In this document: in pieces, positions 1 through 13,054 of the stretch | Layout: each line of letters starts with the position of its first letter | Numbering within the stretch: position 1 is the first letter of the stretch | Source: Eledone cirrhosa | Taxonomy: Eukaryota | Assembly: GCA_964016885.1 (NCBI GenBank) | Contig: OZ024749.1 | Coordinates: forward strand, 56,358,001 to 56,422,000 | DNA length: 64,000 nucleotides | Reading direction: 5' to 3' | Translations under genes and position numbers: made by a program | Notes under the pieces: generated by a model | What the model saw: the letters and a program-made list of their open reading frames with translations, nothing else | Told to the model about the DNA's origin: nothing | The model's database searches: none

Positions 1-365
1 GTGTGTGTGTGTAAACAACGTGTATGTATATATGATGTGTATAAATATATATGTATATAATGGTGTGTCTGTGTTAGTCTGCATATGTGTATGTGGGCGG
101 TGTAGTGGTATAAAAATACACATCAATAACTTTATCTATGATATGCATATGTAGATCTATTTTAGAAACAGTGTTTCATCTGTATACAGAGTATCACATG
201 AAAGATTGTGGAGCCTACTTATAACTTATCAACTTTATTGATTGATTGGGGTGTATATATATATATATATATATATATGTAAAAGTTCTATTTAAATTGT
301 TGGGATACAACAAGCAAATATTTTTATAACTGATATAAAGCACTCAACAAATAATTGGAGTAAAA

Positions 366-718
366 ATACGATATTAACAAATGGAAACTATATTTATAAA
401 ACCATATTTATTTCATTATACATATTTCAAGGACACCAAGTTAAATTATGGTGTCCTTTCATCAGATAAAATATAATATAGAGCAGTTTTATAAATAAAT
501 ATTGTCATACCCTTAAAGAATGCAACCATTACTGACTATCCGGGAGCTTCCAACAGTAATGGTCGCATTCTTTAAGGGTATGTCAATATTTATTTATAAA
601 ACTGCTCTATATTATATTTTATCTGATGAAAGCACACCATAATTTAACTTGGTGTCCTTGAAATATGTATAATGAAATAAATATGGTTTTATAAATATAG
701 TTTCCATTTGTTAATATC

Positions 719-722
<4 letters not shown>
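366..722. repeat. Long inverted repeat (about 169-bp arms, 19-nt loop) abutting (TA)n
   Basis: 366-534 is the reverse complement of 554-722 with about 3 mismatches. Confidence 0.95.
416..469 (-). ncRNA. Minimal type-I hammerhead-ribozyme-like motif, mirrored on + at 619-672; probably degenerate
   Basis: Reads UUAU-CUGAUGA-[AAGGACACCA/UGGUGUCCUU stem II, 10-nt loop]-GAAA-UAUG-U-AUAA. Stem I pairs only if the cleavage-site nucleotide (N17) has been deleted. Confidence 0.5.
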
Positions 723-761
<39 letters not shown>

Positions 762-765
<4 letters not shown>

Positions 766-900
766 AAAGAGTTGGGATCTGACGTCTGGAACTAGCTGTT
801 GAAACTGCAAGATCTCAGCTGTCGGGTCCCGTCTCTTTATAATACATCCATACTCTACTACCCCAAGTATTGTGTACTCTGTTGTGTAATGCTCTAATAT
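762..900 (+). mobile_element. Short (TA)n-flanked interspersed repeat (family P), putative Penelope-like pLTR relic
   Basis: Shares actctactac..aagtattg.gtactct, and in some copies ..GAAAC..ctcagctGTCggg, with copies at 13193-13399, 26016-26086, 40463-40560 and 45143-45245. All copies abut dinucleotide tracts. Confidence 0.55.
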
Positions 901-953
901 ATTAATATATATATATATTAGACCATATATATATATATATATAGTGGTAAAAA

Positions 954-1255
954 AAAACTCTCAGGAGAGCTGGACAGCAGATCTTCAGAGAAGAAACTCT
1001 CAGGGGAGCTGGACAGCAGCAGGTCTTCGGAGAAGAAACTCTCAAGAAAGCTGGACAGTAGAAGGTCTTCAGAGAAGAAACTCTCAAGAAAGCTGGACAG
1101 CAGCAGGTCTTCAGAGAAGAAACTCTCAAGAAAGCTGGACAGCAGCAGGTCTTCAGAGAAGAAACTCTCAAGAAAGCTGGACAGTAGAAGGTCTTCAGAG
1201 AAGAAACTCTCAAGAAAGCTGGACAGCAGCAGGTCTTCAGAGAAGAAACCCCTCT
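954..1255. repeat. Minisatellite, 42-bp unit, about 7 copies
   Basis: Unit agagaagaaactctcaagaaagctggacagcagcaggtcttc; explains the 14-aa periodic ORFs at 902-1372. Confidence 0.92.
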
Positions 1256-1942
1256 CAAACAAGTGATTTGGCCCTTCAGTCAATTTGGTCAATTCAGTCA
1301 AGTCTCCCCTTCCTCCAAAATATTGTTGGCCCTATGCCTAAATCTGAAACGATTATCATAAATTCTAGATGAGGGCAACGTCTTCTCCTTCTTTCTGTCA
1401 CACACTCACATACACACTCTCTCTCACTCTCTCTCACTAAATATTTATGTACATCTCTTTTGCTTGGTGCTCTCCCTCTCTATATGAAGTGAGTGTAACA
1501 GACTGATGGACAGACAGCGTTCTTATTATGATATAACTGTCTATCTATCTACCTCTTCTTGCCACCTCAAAAACACATGGTGTTCACTTTTCTCTCTCTA
1601 TGTATATATCTCTTGCTTGGCACTCCCCCTCTCTCTATATCAACTGAGCGTGACGGATGGATAAACAGACAGGCAGTGTTCTTCTTATAATATATATTAT
1701 TATTATTTTTATTTTTTTATTTTAGAAATAATTGTAATTCACTCGTCTGAAATTCCAATCATAGTTTATTCACTTCAACAGACAGATTTAATTAGGTCTA
1801 TAGGCCATACCAGAACTTTCTTCTCTTTTTCCTATTGTTACTTCTCAAATTAAGCATTAAGCAGCCCCTACTCGGTCTCTTTCAAAACTATTTCACCACC
1901 TCACAAATTCTTAAAACTCCTAGTTTTTCCACCAACTCAAAC

Positions 1943-2132
1943 AATAATTATTTCTACTTTTGGCACAAGGCCAGCAATTATACCCAGTGCATTACTGGTA
2001 CTTTATTTTATCGACCCCGTAAGGATGAAAGGCAAAGTTAACCTCGGTGGGATTTGAACTCAGATCGTAAAAGGACGTAACTATGCTGGAAAGCATGTCC
2101 GACCCTCTACTGATACTACAAATCCACCGCCC
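1943..2132 (-). mobile_element. SINE family A (tRNA-like head, (ATT)n tail)
   Basis: Family consensus has A-box-like tggcagtatcggtaga, B-box gagttcaaatcc, central gcctttcatccttacggggtcgataaaataaagtaccag, and 3' ggccttgtgccaaaagtagaaacaattatt. Confidence 0.85.
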
Positions 2133-2194
2133 TCAAACAATAATATTAACTACAAAGATGAGAAGTTGTACTCCTATTGCCTCCATCCAAAACT

Positions 2195-2230
<36 letters not shown>

Positions 2231-2236
2231 CAACAC

Positions 2237-2290
<54 letters not shown>

Positions 2291-2402
2291 AATTTCTCTC
2301 TCTCTCTCTCTCAAATACACACACAAACACACACATAAACACATTTCTCTCTCTCTCTCACAAACACACATATTCCACACTCTCTCACACACACATGCCT
2401 AT

Positions 2403-2600
2403 ATTGGCAGTATCGGTAGAGGGTCGGGCACTATGTTTTGACGCATAGAGTTACGCCCCTTCCATTCTGAGTTCAAATCCCGCCGAGGTCAACTTTGCCT
2501 TTCATCCTTACAGGGTCGATAAAATAAAGTACCAGTATGCACTGGGTAATTGCTGGCCTTGTGCCAAAAGTAGAAACAATTATTATTATTATTATTATTA
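2403..2600 (+). mobile_element. SINE family A, head-to-head with the previous copy
   Basis: Same motifs on the + strand. Confidence 0.85.
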
Positions 2601-2728
2601 TATATTATGATTTGTACATTCAAACTTTATAAATTGCTACCTTAGGTTTCAAAGCTAAAATTAACTCCATTTTTTTTTTTTTGTATAGTGAGAGCATTTT
2701 GCATTTTTTTTCTTCTTGTTGACTCTCT

Positions 2729-2772
<44 letters not shown>

Positions 2773-3650
2773 TTTTTTTTTATAGAAAATGTAAGAGAAA
2801 CACAAACATAAGGACATATCCTGTATTTTCTTCTCTATTTCATTTTGTTTTCTGTTTTGTTTCTTTTTTTTTTTTTTAGTGGGGAGAACATCCTCCAAGT
2901 AAATATTACTTTCAGATCAGAATTCTTGTTTCTCAGGCAGCCCAGTTTCTCAGAGACCCCAGTGTTTAATTAGAAATATAATTGAGAACAAAGTCAGTCT
3001 CTCTCCCTCTCTATATATATTTAAACCATAATTAAGAGCAAAGTTTCTGTTCTCTCTCTCTTTCTCTCCTCTCTCTCTTTCCTTCCTTTCTCTCTCTATC
3101 TTTCTCGCTATTCCACGTCTCTTTGTCTTTATTTTAACCATAAATTGAGAGCAAAGTTTCTCTCTCTCTCTTTTCCCTCCTCCTCTCTCCTTCCTCTACC
3201 TCTATCTGTGTATTTAAACCATAATAAGGTTTCAACTCCTACAATGTGTGTCTTCCAGCAATTTTCTCCGTTGCATCGTCATTAATATGCCTTCAGTCAT
3301 GTGAGAGCTCGACAAAACGGAAAAAAAAATGAAAAAAAATATAAAATGAAAGAAAAAAATGTAAGAAAAAAATGAAATAAAATAAATAAAAAAATTGATT
3401 TTTACCAAAAAAAAGTCACGCCCCCGCCCCTCTCCCGCCAAAGTATAAAAGATCCCAGCCAAGTTTTTAACACATCCAGACCAGTTAGTTGGCAATGCTG
3501 ATCCACCGATAAGTTGTGTATAGTTAACATTAACACGAGGGGATTCTTATGAAATAATAAAGCTATCCTTTCTATCTGCTTTTTGTTGGTTTTTGTGGGA
3601 ATACTTTTTTTTCTGTTGAATGTGAAAAATAAAATAATTATCATATTTAT

Positions 3651-3940
3651 GCCAGCCAACCAACCAGCCAACCAGCCAGTTAACCAACCAATCATCCAAC
3701 CAGTCAGACACCCAACCAACCATCCAACCAGTCAGACACCCAACCAATCATCCAACCAGTCAGACACCCAACCAACCATCCAACCACCCATCCAGCCAAC
3801 CAGTCAGACAGCCAACCACCCAGCCAACCAACCAACCATCCACCCAAACACCCAGCCAACCAACCACCCAACCAACCACCCAACCATCCACCTAGCCAGC
3901 CAGCCAATCAGCAACCATCCAACCAGTCAGACAGCCAATC
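3651..3940. repeat. Degenerate (CCAA/CCAG)n tetranucleotide repeat; a similar tract lies at 13955-14225
   Basis: Direct inspection. Confidence 0.9.
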
Positions 3941-4434
3941 AGCTATGTTTGTTTTAGATAGTTAAGTTTACAAACAATTTAAACAGACACAACAAATGAT
4001 TGACTGTTCCCATCAAAACTTCAATAATTGTCTCTCCATGCAGAAATGGCATCAAGTCGGCTTTTCTAAAACATTCAGCTAAATACCAGCTTGATTTATT
4101 TAATACAAAGACATTACAAAGGCAAAACAAGAATAAATTTCATGTAGAAATTGTAATAATGTTCTTGTTTACACTTTGTTTGTTTTGTTTGTTTGTTGTT
4201 GCTTTTTATGGGTTAAAAATATAAAGGATCTTCTATATCATCATTATCATCGTTTAATGTAAATTTCTTCATGCTAGCATGGGTTGGACGAGTCGTTATA
4301 TTATTAGAAAAATCAGGGCAGGAGACCACCAAGTTTTTCTCATACAGATCTGAATTTTGGCTTGGTTTCTACAGCTAGATGCCAAGTCAAAATATTGATC
4401 TGTATGATCGCCTGACCTGACTTGTTTCATAATG

Positions 4435-4782
4435 TGCCCTCACCAAATAAAGCACATTGCCCTCACCAATTAAACTACACTGTCCTCATCAAATAAACCA
4501 CATTGCCCTCATCAAATAAACCACACTGCCCTCACCAAATAAACTACACTTCCCTCACCAATTAAACTACACTGTCCTCATCAAATAAACCACATTGCCC
4601 TCATCAAATAAACCACACTGCCCTCACCAAATAAACTACACTTCCCTCACCAATTAAACTACACTGTCCTCATCAAATAAACTACACTGCCCTCACCAAA
4701 TAAACTACACTGCCCTCACCAAATAAACTACACTGCGCTCACCAAATAAACTACACTGCCTTCACCAAATAAACTACATTGC
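4435..4782. repeat. Minisatellite, 23-bp unit, about 15 copies
   Basis: Unit tgccctcaccaaataaactacac with variants. Confidence 0.92.
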
Positions 4783-4785
4783 CAT

Positions 4786-5031
4786 TCTCTGTTGATGGAG
4801 CAGGGTCTGAAACAACAAACTTTCTACTCCACACTGCAACTCAATTCCTTGAATATAGCATGAACTCTTCTGTTGACAGATCCAGCTGACATAACAAGGT
4901 TAACGACTTATTTAACATCTCTTCTCTTCTCTGTTGAAGGGGCAGGGTCTGAAACAACAAACTTTCTACTTCTCACTGCAACTCAATTACTTCAACATAG
5001 CATGAACTCTTCTCTTGACAGATCCAGCTGA
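4786..5031. repeat. Direct duplication of about 105 bp (period about 142)
   Basis: ttctctgttga..gcagggtctgaaacaacaaactttctact..gacagatccagctga occurs twice. Confidence 0.85.
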
Positions 5032-5677
5032 AGTAACTCTACAGTTTTACACTCAAAAGTGACCTTTCAAAAGGTGAATCTTTCATTTCAAGACCTCTTA
5101 TATTTTCAAATATTGTTCGATTCATTTCTATTATTTACTTTTGACAAAGAAAATCATTTTTTTTTTCTTTTAAAATCAATATTTTCTAATATAGAATAAA
5201 ATTAATAAAAACTATAAAAAATGGAGACCAGCAGCAATATAAAAGAAGAAAAGAATAACCAAGAGCGCTAAAACAGAAGAATTCTGTTGAAATTAGGTCA
5301 GGTTAAAGTGTCTAGACATTTACAAACTTATTGGTAGTTGGTAAAGAATTTATATTAAACATTCTGATATTTAAATATTTCAGAGGTGGCTATGTGGGGA
5401 AAGACGTTTGCTTTGAAACCACCTGGTTTGTGGTTTCTGGTTTGATTCCATTACTGAGTACCTTGGACAAGCCTTTTTATTATATATCCATAGATTGATC
5501 AATGATTTGAGAGTAAATTCAATACATGGAAACTATGAGGATTCCATGTGTGAGTGTGTGTCTGTGTGTAGGTATATGTGTGGTTGTGTGTCAGTGTGTG
5601 TTTCTCAACATGCATGTGTATGTCTATGAATATGTGTGTATGTGTATGTGTGTGTACCTGTGTATTGAGGAAAAAGA

Positions 5678-6131
5678 TTGGCAGAATCAGTAGAGCATCA
5701 GATAACATGCTTTGTGGTATTTAGTTATAACTTTCTACATGAGTTCAAATGTCACCAAGGTCAACTTTACCTTTCATCTTATCCAGGATCAATAAAATAA
5801 AGTACCAGTTATGCACTGGGGTCAATTTAATCAACTCCCCCAACTCTCCCAAAATTGTTGGCCTTGTGCCTAAATTAGAAACCATTATTAAGCTGGTGAA
5901 GGACGGTGGACTGGCAGTAATCGGTAGAGCGTCGGACCTCATAATTTGTGGCATATAGTTACATCCCTTTACATCCTGAGTTCCAATCCCACTGTGGTTA
6001 ACTTTGCCTTTCATCCTTATGAGGTTGATAAAATAAAGTACCAGTAATACACTGGCGTCGATTTAATCAACTTTTCCCTCTCCCAAAATTGTTGGCCTTG
6101 TGCCTAAATCAGAAACAATTATTATTATTAT
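5678..6131 (+). mobile_element. Two tandem SINE family A copies
   Basis: Family A central and 3' motifs at about 5678-5890 and 5903-6131. Confidence 0.8.
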
Positions 6132-7508
6132 TAAAATATATATCTTCTATAAGAATTCCTACAATCAATGTTATATTAACACAGTAGAGAGAATACAAAA
6201 GCTTTAGGAAAAATGTGCAGAAGCAAGCAACATGAAGACATTGGAGAAAGAGGTCACCATAAACAATTAAAATAAACATGGTTGAATTAACATAGCAGAG
6301 CAGATCGGAAATGTCCACCGAGAAAATTCTCTATTGCTTAACTGCTTAAATTCAAATATTCGTTAACAAGTTCTATACATAAGACATGATAAGCATATAA
6401 CCCTTAATAGGACCTCTAAAAGGGTATAATTTCACCCTTCCTCATGAATAAATCTTAAACACATCCAAATCACTTCAGAAATAATAGCTTTCTTTTATAT
6501 GGCACTACCATAATTCCACTGCAGACTACAATAGTACAATAGATGAGTGATCAATAATGGATAATCATATAATTTATAACTGCTTCTGAACAAATTACAA
6601 CAAGTGAGCTGAAATTACCACCAGGAAAATTTATTCAGTCACCAACAGAAGGTTACATCAATATTTTCATCTAAGTACCTATTGATTGAAGAGAAATTTT
6701 TTGCTGTAATCAAATCTTGAATAACCATAATAAAGTTCTACAAATAGACTAAAATAATGCTGATCACATTTATATAATAAAGAGTTCAATCAACAGCCTC
6801 AGCCATATTGGCTTGTCAAACAGATTCATGATGGGGAAGTTAAATCACAGTTACGCACATATAGAGAGACACAAACAGACACAAACGACACACAGAGACA
6901 TACACAGAGACATACACAGAGCCACACACAGATACACACACAGAGCCACACACAGATACACACACAGAGACACAGACAGACACACAACCACATAATACAT
7001 AGACACAGACACACACACACACATACAGAGACACACAAACACAATAGACACACACACACACAGACTCACAATCACAGAACGCACACACACACACAGAGAC
7101 AGATAGACACACAAAGACATACACATGCTGATACACACACACACACACAGACACAGTCACACACACAGACAGACACAGAGTTACACACATGCTGACACAC
7201 AGATACACAGAGACACACATACACACGTGTATATATTAATCGGTGAATGTCTCTTCAAACTCTCTTATTTTATCTCTGATCACTATGCAGAATGTGACAA
7301 TCCCAGTGCAAATAGCAATTAGACTTTTGTTCTTGAGCAATAACAAGAAACAGTTAGAAAATTGCATACATTTTCAAATAAGCGGCTAGTTAACAAAGAC
7401 GACTGGCTAGCTACTCATTGGGAATATGTAATAATGTGGCTAGACTAGTTCAAAGTAATGGAGCGAAGTTAGAGTAAATATAGGTTGGTTGATACTTAAC
7501 CTTTTATG

Positions 7509-8345
7509 TCAGGTCAGGTTTCTGCCTGCTACTGGTACCATGTAACTCAGTATAACTTGCTTCATGGTCAAGTGCTCTGTGACTAAACCAGCTCCCCCAC
7601 CAGACACTAGTTTGGAAGGTCAGGTCAGGCTTCTGCCTGCTACTGGTACCATGTAACTCAGTATAACTTGCTTCATGGTCAAGTGATCTGTGACTAAACC
7701 AGCTCCCCCACCAGACACTAGTTTGGAAGGTCAGGTCAGGCTTCTGCCTGCTACTGGTACCATGTAACCCAGTACAACCTGCTTTATGGTCAAGTGGTCA
7801 GCAACTAAGCCAGCTCCCCCACCAGACCCAGGTCAGATCAGGTCAGGTTTCTGCCTGCTACTGGTACCAAATAACCCAGTACAACCTGCTTCATGGTCAA
7901 GTGGTTGGTGTCTAAACTGGCTCCCCAACCAGACCTTAGTCTGGGAGGTCAGGTCAGATCAGGTTTCTGCCTGCTACTGGTACCAAGTAACCCAGTACAA
8001 TGCTTCATTACGGTCAAGTGGTCAGCAACTAAGCCAGCTCCCCCACCAGAGCCGGTCTGGTGTGGAGGGTAAGTGAAACCCTAGCAACATAAAAAAACAG
8101 CTGTTAAAAAGTTGAATGAACTCCTCAGAGTCAACGGCCATCCACCCCAAGTATAGGTTAAATAGCTTCACCAACCTGCAATTGGTCAAGCATGGTGAAT
8201 ACCACTACACACCGGACATTATCAAAACCAAACAGAAAGCAGTGAAGATCAACCAAGGAGGGGTTCCTTCAACAGAGTGAGAAGATTTGGATTAAATTGA
8301 ACTTAATCTTTAAATTTGGAATATGTGACCTTGGAACTTGGAAAG
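7509..8345 (+). mobile_element. Probable 5' end of an RTE-type LINE with a tandemly amplified 105-110-bp 5' unit (about 5 copies, 7509-8060)
   Basis: Unit tcaggtcaggtttctgcctgctactggtaccatgtaac..ccagctcccccaccagac. Downstream sequence ends in ..ICDLGTWK, resembling the GTWNV motif at the start of APE endonucleases. Confidence 0.55.
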
Positions 8346-8754
8346 AGACTTTTCCCACCAACATTATGCTGTCATCATCTCCGTTACTCTCATTTTATAT
8401 CTGCTTTCTATGTTGTCGTGAGTTGGGTGGATTGTGGCCTGAAACAGATCTTATTTCAAGATGGAGCACAGGACATCATCCTGGCCATCACCATCATCAT
8501 CATCATCATTTACCAGTAATGCACTGGGTAATTGCTGGCCTTGTGCCTAAAGTAGAAACAATTATTATCATTTTACATCTACATTCCATACTGTCTGTCA
8601 TCAGTTGGATGGGTTGTCATTTGAATCAGATCTTATTTCAAGATGGGGTAGAGGAAGGACTCAATCCTGATATATATTCCATTTCCACTTTTGTTTCACC
8701 ATGCTGGAACATGTGGGTGACACTTCTTTAGAACCCACATGTCACCTCCATCTA

Positions 8755-8908
8755 TAATAACTGTTTCTACTTTTGGCACAAGGCCAGCAATTATCCCAGT
8801 GTATTACTGGTACTTTCAAAGTTAACCTCTGCGGGATTTGAACTCAGACCATAAAGGGCTGTAACTCTTTGCTGCAAAGCATGCTGTCCGACCCTCTACC
8901 GATACTGT
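8755..8908 (-). mobile_element. SINE family A (internally deleted)
   Basis: Family A motifs on the minus strand. Confidence 0.75.
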
Positions 8909-8932
8909 CAACATCTATAATAATCATACTTT

Positions 8933-9310
8933 ACTCTCTCCAATGTAAAGTTCAGCATCCTAAGATCATTTTCCACCACTTTGACCTGTCCCATGTTTTT
9001 TCTTCCACATGTAACACCCACTTCAGTACCTCCCACTTCAGTACCTCCCACATTGTGTACCACCCACTTTGGGGGTTTGCTGTGTATTCTAATTTTTTGT
9101 GTATGAGAACACCCCCCATGAAGTGCCCTGGGGGTCCCCAAGGGCTAGATCCAACCCTGCATATCATACACCTCTTCTTTCAACATCTCTTACCCTCATT
9201 ATACATCACATACTTTTTACCAGCAGAATCTTTTCTTGTTCAATAAATTTGACTCCCTTTTATACCCAGTTTTTCTCTCAGTTCATTTCTGCTCCATCAT
9301 TCATCTACAC
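8933..9310 (-). mobile_element. RTE-clade LINE C-terminal relic
   Basis: Broken translation NELREKLGIKG..QEK..GVTCGRK..VVENDLRMLNFT resembles the RTE ORF C-terminus ELREKLGI..RRLRWYGHV..GRGRPRKTW..V..DL. Confidence 0.6.
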
Positions 9311-9311
9311 G

Positions 9312-9387
<76 letters not shown>

Positions 9388-9831
9388 TTATACATATATA
9401 TATATATATATATATCATGACAATCATGCTTGTGCTTGCTCTAACTCTTTCTAGTCTTTGTAAATCTCCTGTATTTCTATGGTTACCATTCCAGTGCCAT
9501 GCAGTTAATATTTAACCTGTTGTTGAGTGGTTCTTCCTCAATCCATTCTCGTTTCTACAAAGAATTTTCTCAGAATGTGACAGGAGATGATGGAGTATCA
9601 TGCTATAGTGTTATAGATCTTACTTTCAATAGCTGTTAATGTGCAACTTCAGTAATACTGCACTAAGCCTAAGACAGTATTTGGCTTATCATACACACAC
9701 ACACATATATATATATAATATACACACACACATTCTATATATATATATATATATGTGTGCGTGTATGTGTATAAATCTACCTGTGTGTTTGTACGTATTT
9801 GATACAACCTTATAGTTAATTCTTACTTGTG

Positions 9832-9891
<60 letters not shown>

Positions 9892-10071
9892 ATATATGTA
9901 GTGTATATATATATGAAATGAAATAAAAACATCTCAGTTTCATTGTTCTGTAAAAGCTCAATGGAAATAAGATTTGAAAAAGCCATTCCAGAGCTCACTT
10001 ATACAAGAATATTACAGAAAATAACATAATTATATAATGTAAGACATATAACAGGTACTAAAGCAATCAGA

Positions 10072-10103
<32 letters not shown>

Positions 10104-10137
10104 AGTAAGTATGTTTTGAAACAGTGAGCAAGTTTGA

Positions 10138-10355
10138 AATTAGAAAATAGAATGGTGTTCACCGTATTTTTGACTAAAGGAATTTTAGCCTGATAATGGG
10201 GTTTAGAACCCTCAGATAAATGGAAAAAGATGAGTATTGACGTACATGTACGTCAATACTCATCTTTTTCCATTTATCTGAGGGTTCTAAACCCCATTAT
10301 CAGGCTAAAATTCCTTTAGTCAAAAATACGGTGAAAGCTATTCTATTTTCTAATT
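10138..10355. repeat. 218-bp near-perfect palindrome with no spacer, abutting (TA)n
   Basis: Centre gacgtaca|tgtacgtc at 10246/10247; 109-bp arms with 3 clustered mismatches near the outer end. Confidence 0.95.
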
Positions 10356-10872
10356 AATATATATATATATATATATATATCATCATCATCATCATCGTTT
10401 AACGTCTATCTTCCACGCTAGCATCGGTTAGATGGCAATTGTCCCACTTGAGGCAAGATTGGTTGGATGACCGTGACTCACTCGTATAGGGCTATTTGGC
10501 AGGTTTTCTACGGCTAGATGCCCTTCCTAACACCAACCACATTTGTGTTTTGAACTCTGTATGTTTGTTTTTTTTGTCGTGACACCTACACGACCTCATT
10601 AGTTTATATATATATATATGCATGTGTGTAAGTTTATATCTTTCACTGTATAAGTAAATGTAAATAAGTAGATAGATAGATAGATAGATGGATAGATAAA
10701 TAAATATAAACCTCCGATATAGTGGAGCAGATATTTACGAACTCAATGTTGCTCCCACCGTAGTGATAGATAAATAGACAAGAATTTTGGCATAAGGGGC
10801 AAGACAGTCTAATGTGAGATAATAGGTTTGTATTTATTTTCACTGGGAGTTGATTAACATTCTTTTATCCAT

Positions 10873-11052
10873 ATGTATTTCATATTTATTCTATATATAT
10901 TTTATATTTGTTCTATATCTATTCTATATTTCATATATATTCTATATTTGTTCTATATCTATTCTATATTTCATATATATTCTATATTTGTTCTATATCT
11001 ATTCTATATTTCATATATATTCTATATTTGTTCTATATCTATTCTATATTTC
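10873..11052. repeat. Minisatellite, 40-bp unit, about 4.5 copies
   Basis: Unit attctatatttcatatatattctatatttgttctatatct. Confidence 0.9.
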
Positions 11053-11485
11053 TACTCACCTTTCTTTCCTTGTTATATACAGTCAAAGGGAGAGGTGATG
11101 GCTGAGTTGGTTCACCTATAATTTTTTTGAAAAGCTCAACTTACTTATTTCTACTTAGTTTAAAGATTATGTTTATTTTGATTAAAGCTCCTCCCTCTCT
11201 GTCTCTCTCTCTCCCCCTCTCTGTCTCTCTCTCTCTCTCTCAAAGGACAGAGGATTGCTGTTACCTCTCTCTGTCTCTCTTTCTCTCGGGGACAGAGAGA
11301 GGATTGCTGTGATCCTTTCCATTGGGATAACCTCACCCCTCGCCCGGCCCCCGTTAGTTTGTAAGTTTGTTAGTAGGAGGAGCTGCTGCATGCACCACTC
11401 CTGTGATTAACACCTAACTGTGATATATCTAGTTGAAACACTTGACAGAGATAGAGAGGAGGGTGAGAGAGAGAGAGAGGAGGGT

Positions 11486-11519
<34 letters not shown>

Positions 11520-11550
11520 GAGTGGGAGATAGGAACGAGAGAGAGTGGAG

Positions 11551-11581
<31 letters not shown>

Positions 11582-12035
11582 TGGGAGAGAGGAGGGTCAG
11601 AGAGAGAGGGAGAGAGGAGGGTCAGAGAGAGAGAGAGAGAGATAGGAGGTGGAAAGAGAGAGAGATAGGAGGTGGAAAGAGAGAGAGATAGGAGGTGGAG
11701 AGAGAGAGGAGGGTGAAAGAGAGAGAGATAAAACTAATCTTCTTGGAATAAGCCAGAACCAAGTGGTCCTTCATCACCAACCACAGAGTTTGGAGTGGTG
11801 GGGCAGCAGTGTGAGGGGGTGGAGGGGCAGGCCTTGCTATCTTCATCTTTATCTTTATCTCATAATATTAAATAGGTCTATCTTTCTTTCAACAAGAAAA
11901 AATGGAAACTTCTGATAAACGAAAATATAAGAAACAAAACATGGGAGAGAGGGGGGGGGGGACAAAAAGAGAGAAAGAAAGGAAGACATATATATATATA
12001 TACAGAGAGAGAGGAAAAGAGAGAAAGAAAGGAAG

Positions 12036-12067
<32 letters not shown>

Positions 12068-12394
12068 GTATATAGTGAAAAATGGAACGGGAACAAAACA
12101 GAGAGGCAGTACGAACAAAGGTTTATTAGTTTCACGCTCTTGAGAGTGTATATATATACAGAGAGAGAGAGCGGAAAAGAGAGAAAGAAAGGAAGACATA
12201 TATATATATATATATACAGAGAGAGAGAAGAAAAGACAGAAAGCCAGAGAGAGAAGAAAAGACAGAAAGCCAGAGAGAGAGAGGGGGGTGCTATAGAAGC
12301 AGGCTTCATTGCTGTTTATGTTGTCTCATTAAAAACTGTGAAGAACTTGTTACATATATCACAGTTTGGTTGGAATAATATCTTGTGGGTGGTT

Positions 12395-12436
12395 GTGGTG
12401 ATAGTAGTAGTAGTAGTGGTGGTGGTGGTAGCAGTA

Positions 12437-12480
<44 letters not shown>

Positions 12481-12523
12481 GGTGGTGGTGGTGGTGGTGG
12501 TGGTGGTGGTGGTAGCAGTAGTG

Positions 12524-12561
<38 letters not shown>

Positions 12562-12592
12562 GGTGGTGGTGGTGGTGGTGGTAGTAGTAGTA

Positions 12593-12663
<71 letters not shown>

Positions 12664-12676
12664 AGTAGTAGTAGTC

Positions 12677-12708
<32 letters not shown>

Positions 12709-12745
12709 GGTGGTAGTAGTAGTAGTAGTGGTGGTAGTAGTAGTG

Positions 12746-12789
<44 letters not shown>

Positions 12790-12952
12790 AGTAGTGGTGG
12801 TAGTAGTAGTAGTGGTAGTAGTAGTATTAGTAGTAGTAGTAATAGTAGTAGTAATAGTAGTAGTAGTAGTGGTAATAGTGGTAGTGGTAGTAGCGGTGGT
12901 GGTAGTAGTAGTAGTGGTGGTGGTGGTGGTGGTGGTGGCGGTGGTGGTGGTG

Positions 12953-12986
<34 letters not shown>

Positions 12987-13008
12987 CGGCAGTAGTAGTA
13001 GTAGTGGC

Positions 13009-13052
<44 letters not shown>
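12395..13052. repeat. (GTA/GTG)n trinucleotide array
   Basis: Direct inspection; source of the poly-V/T/S ORFs. Confidence 0.97.

Positions 13053-13054
<2 letters not shown>

Noticed and set aside
9930-10000. Minus-strand GCTCTGGAA (ALE) as a candidate next IFT80 exon (expected ALELA..KTHVDTV)
   Set aside because: It continues ALEWLFQILFP with no KTH.DTV motif and no good acceptor. The next exon probably lies beyond the window start, though I may have missed it.
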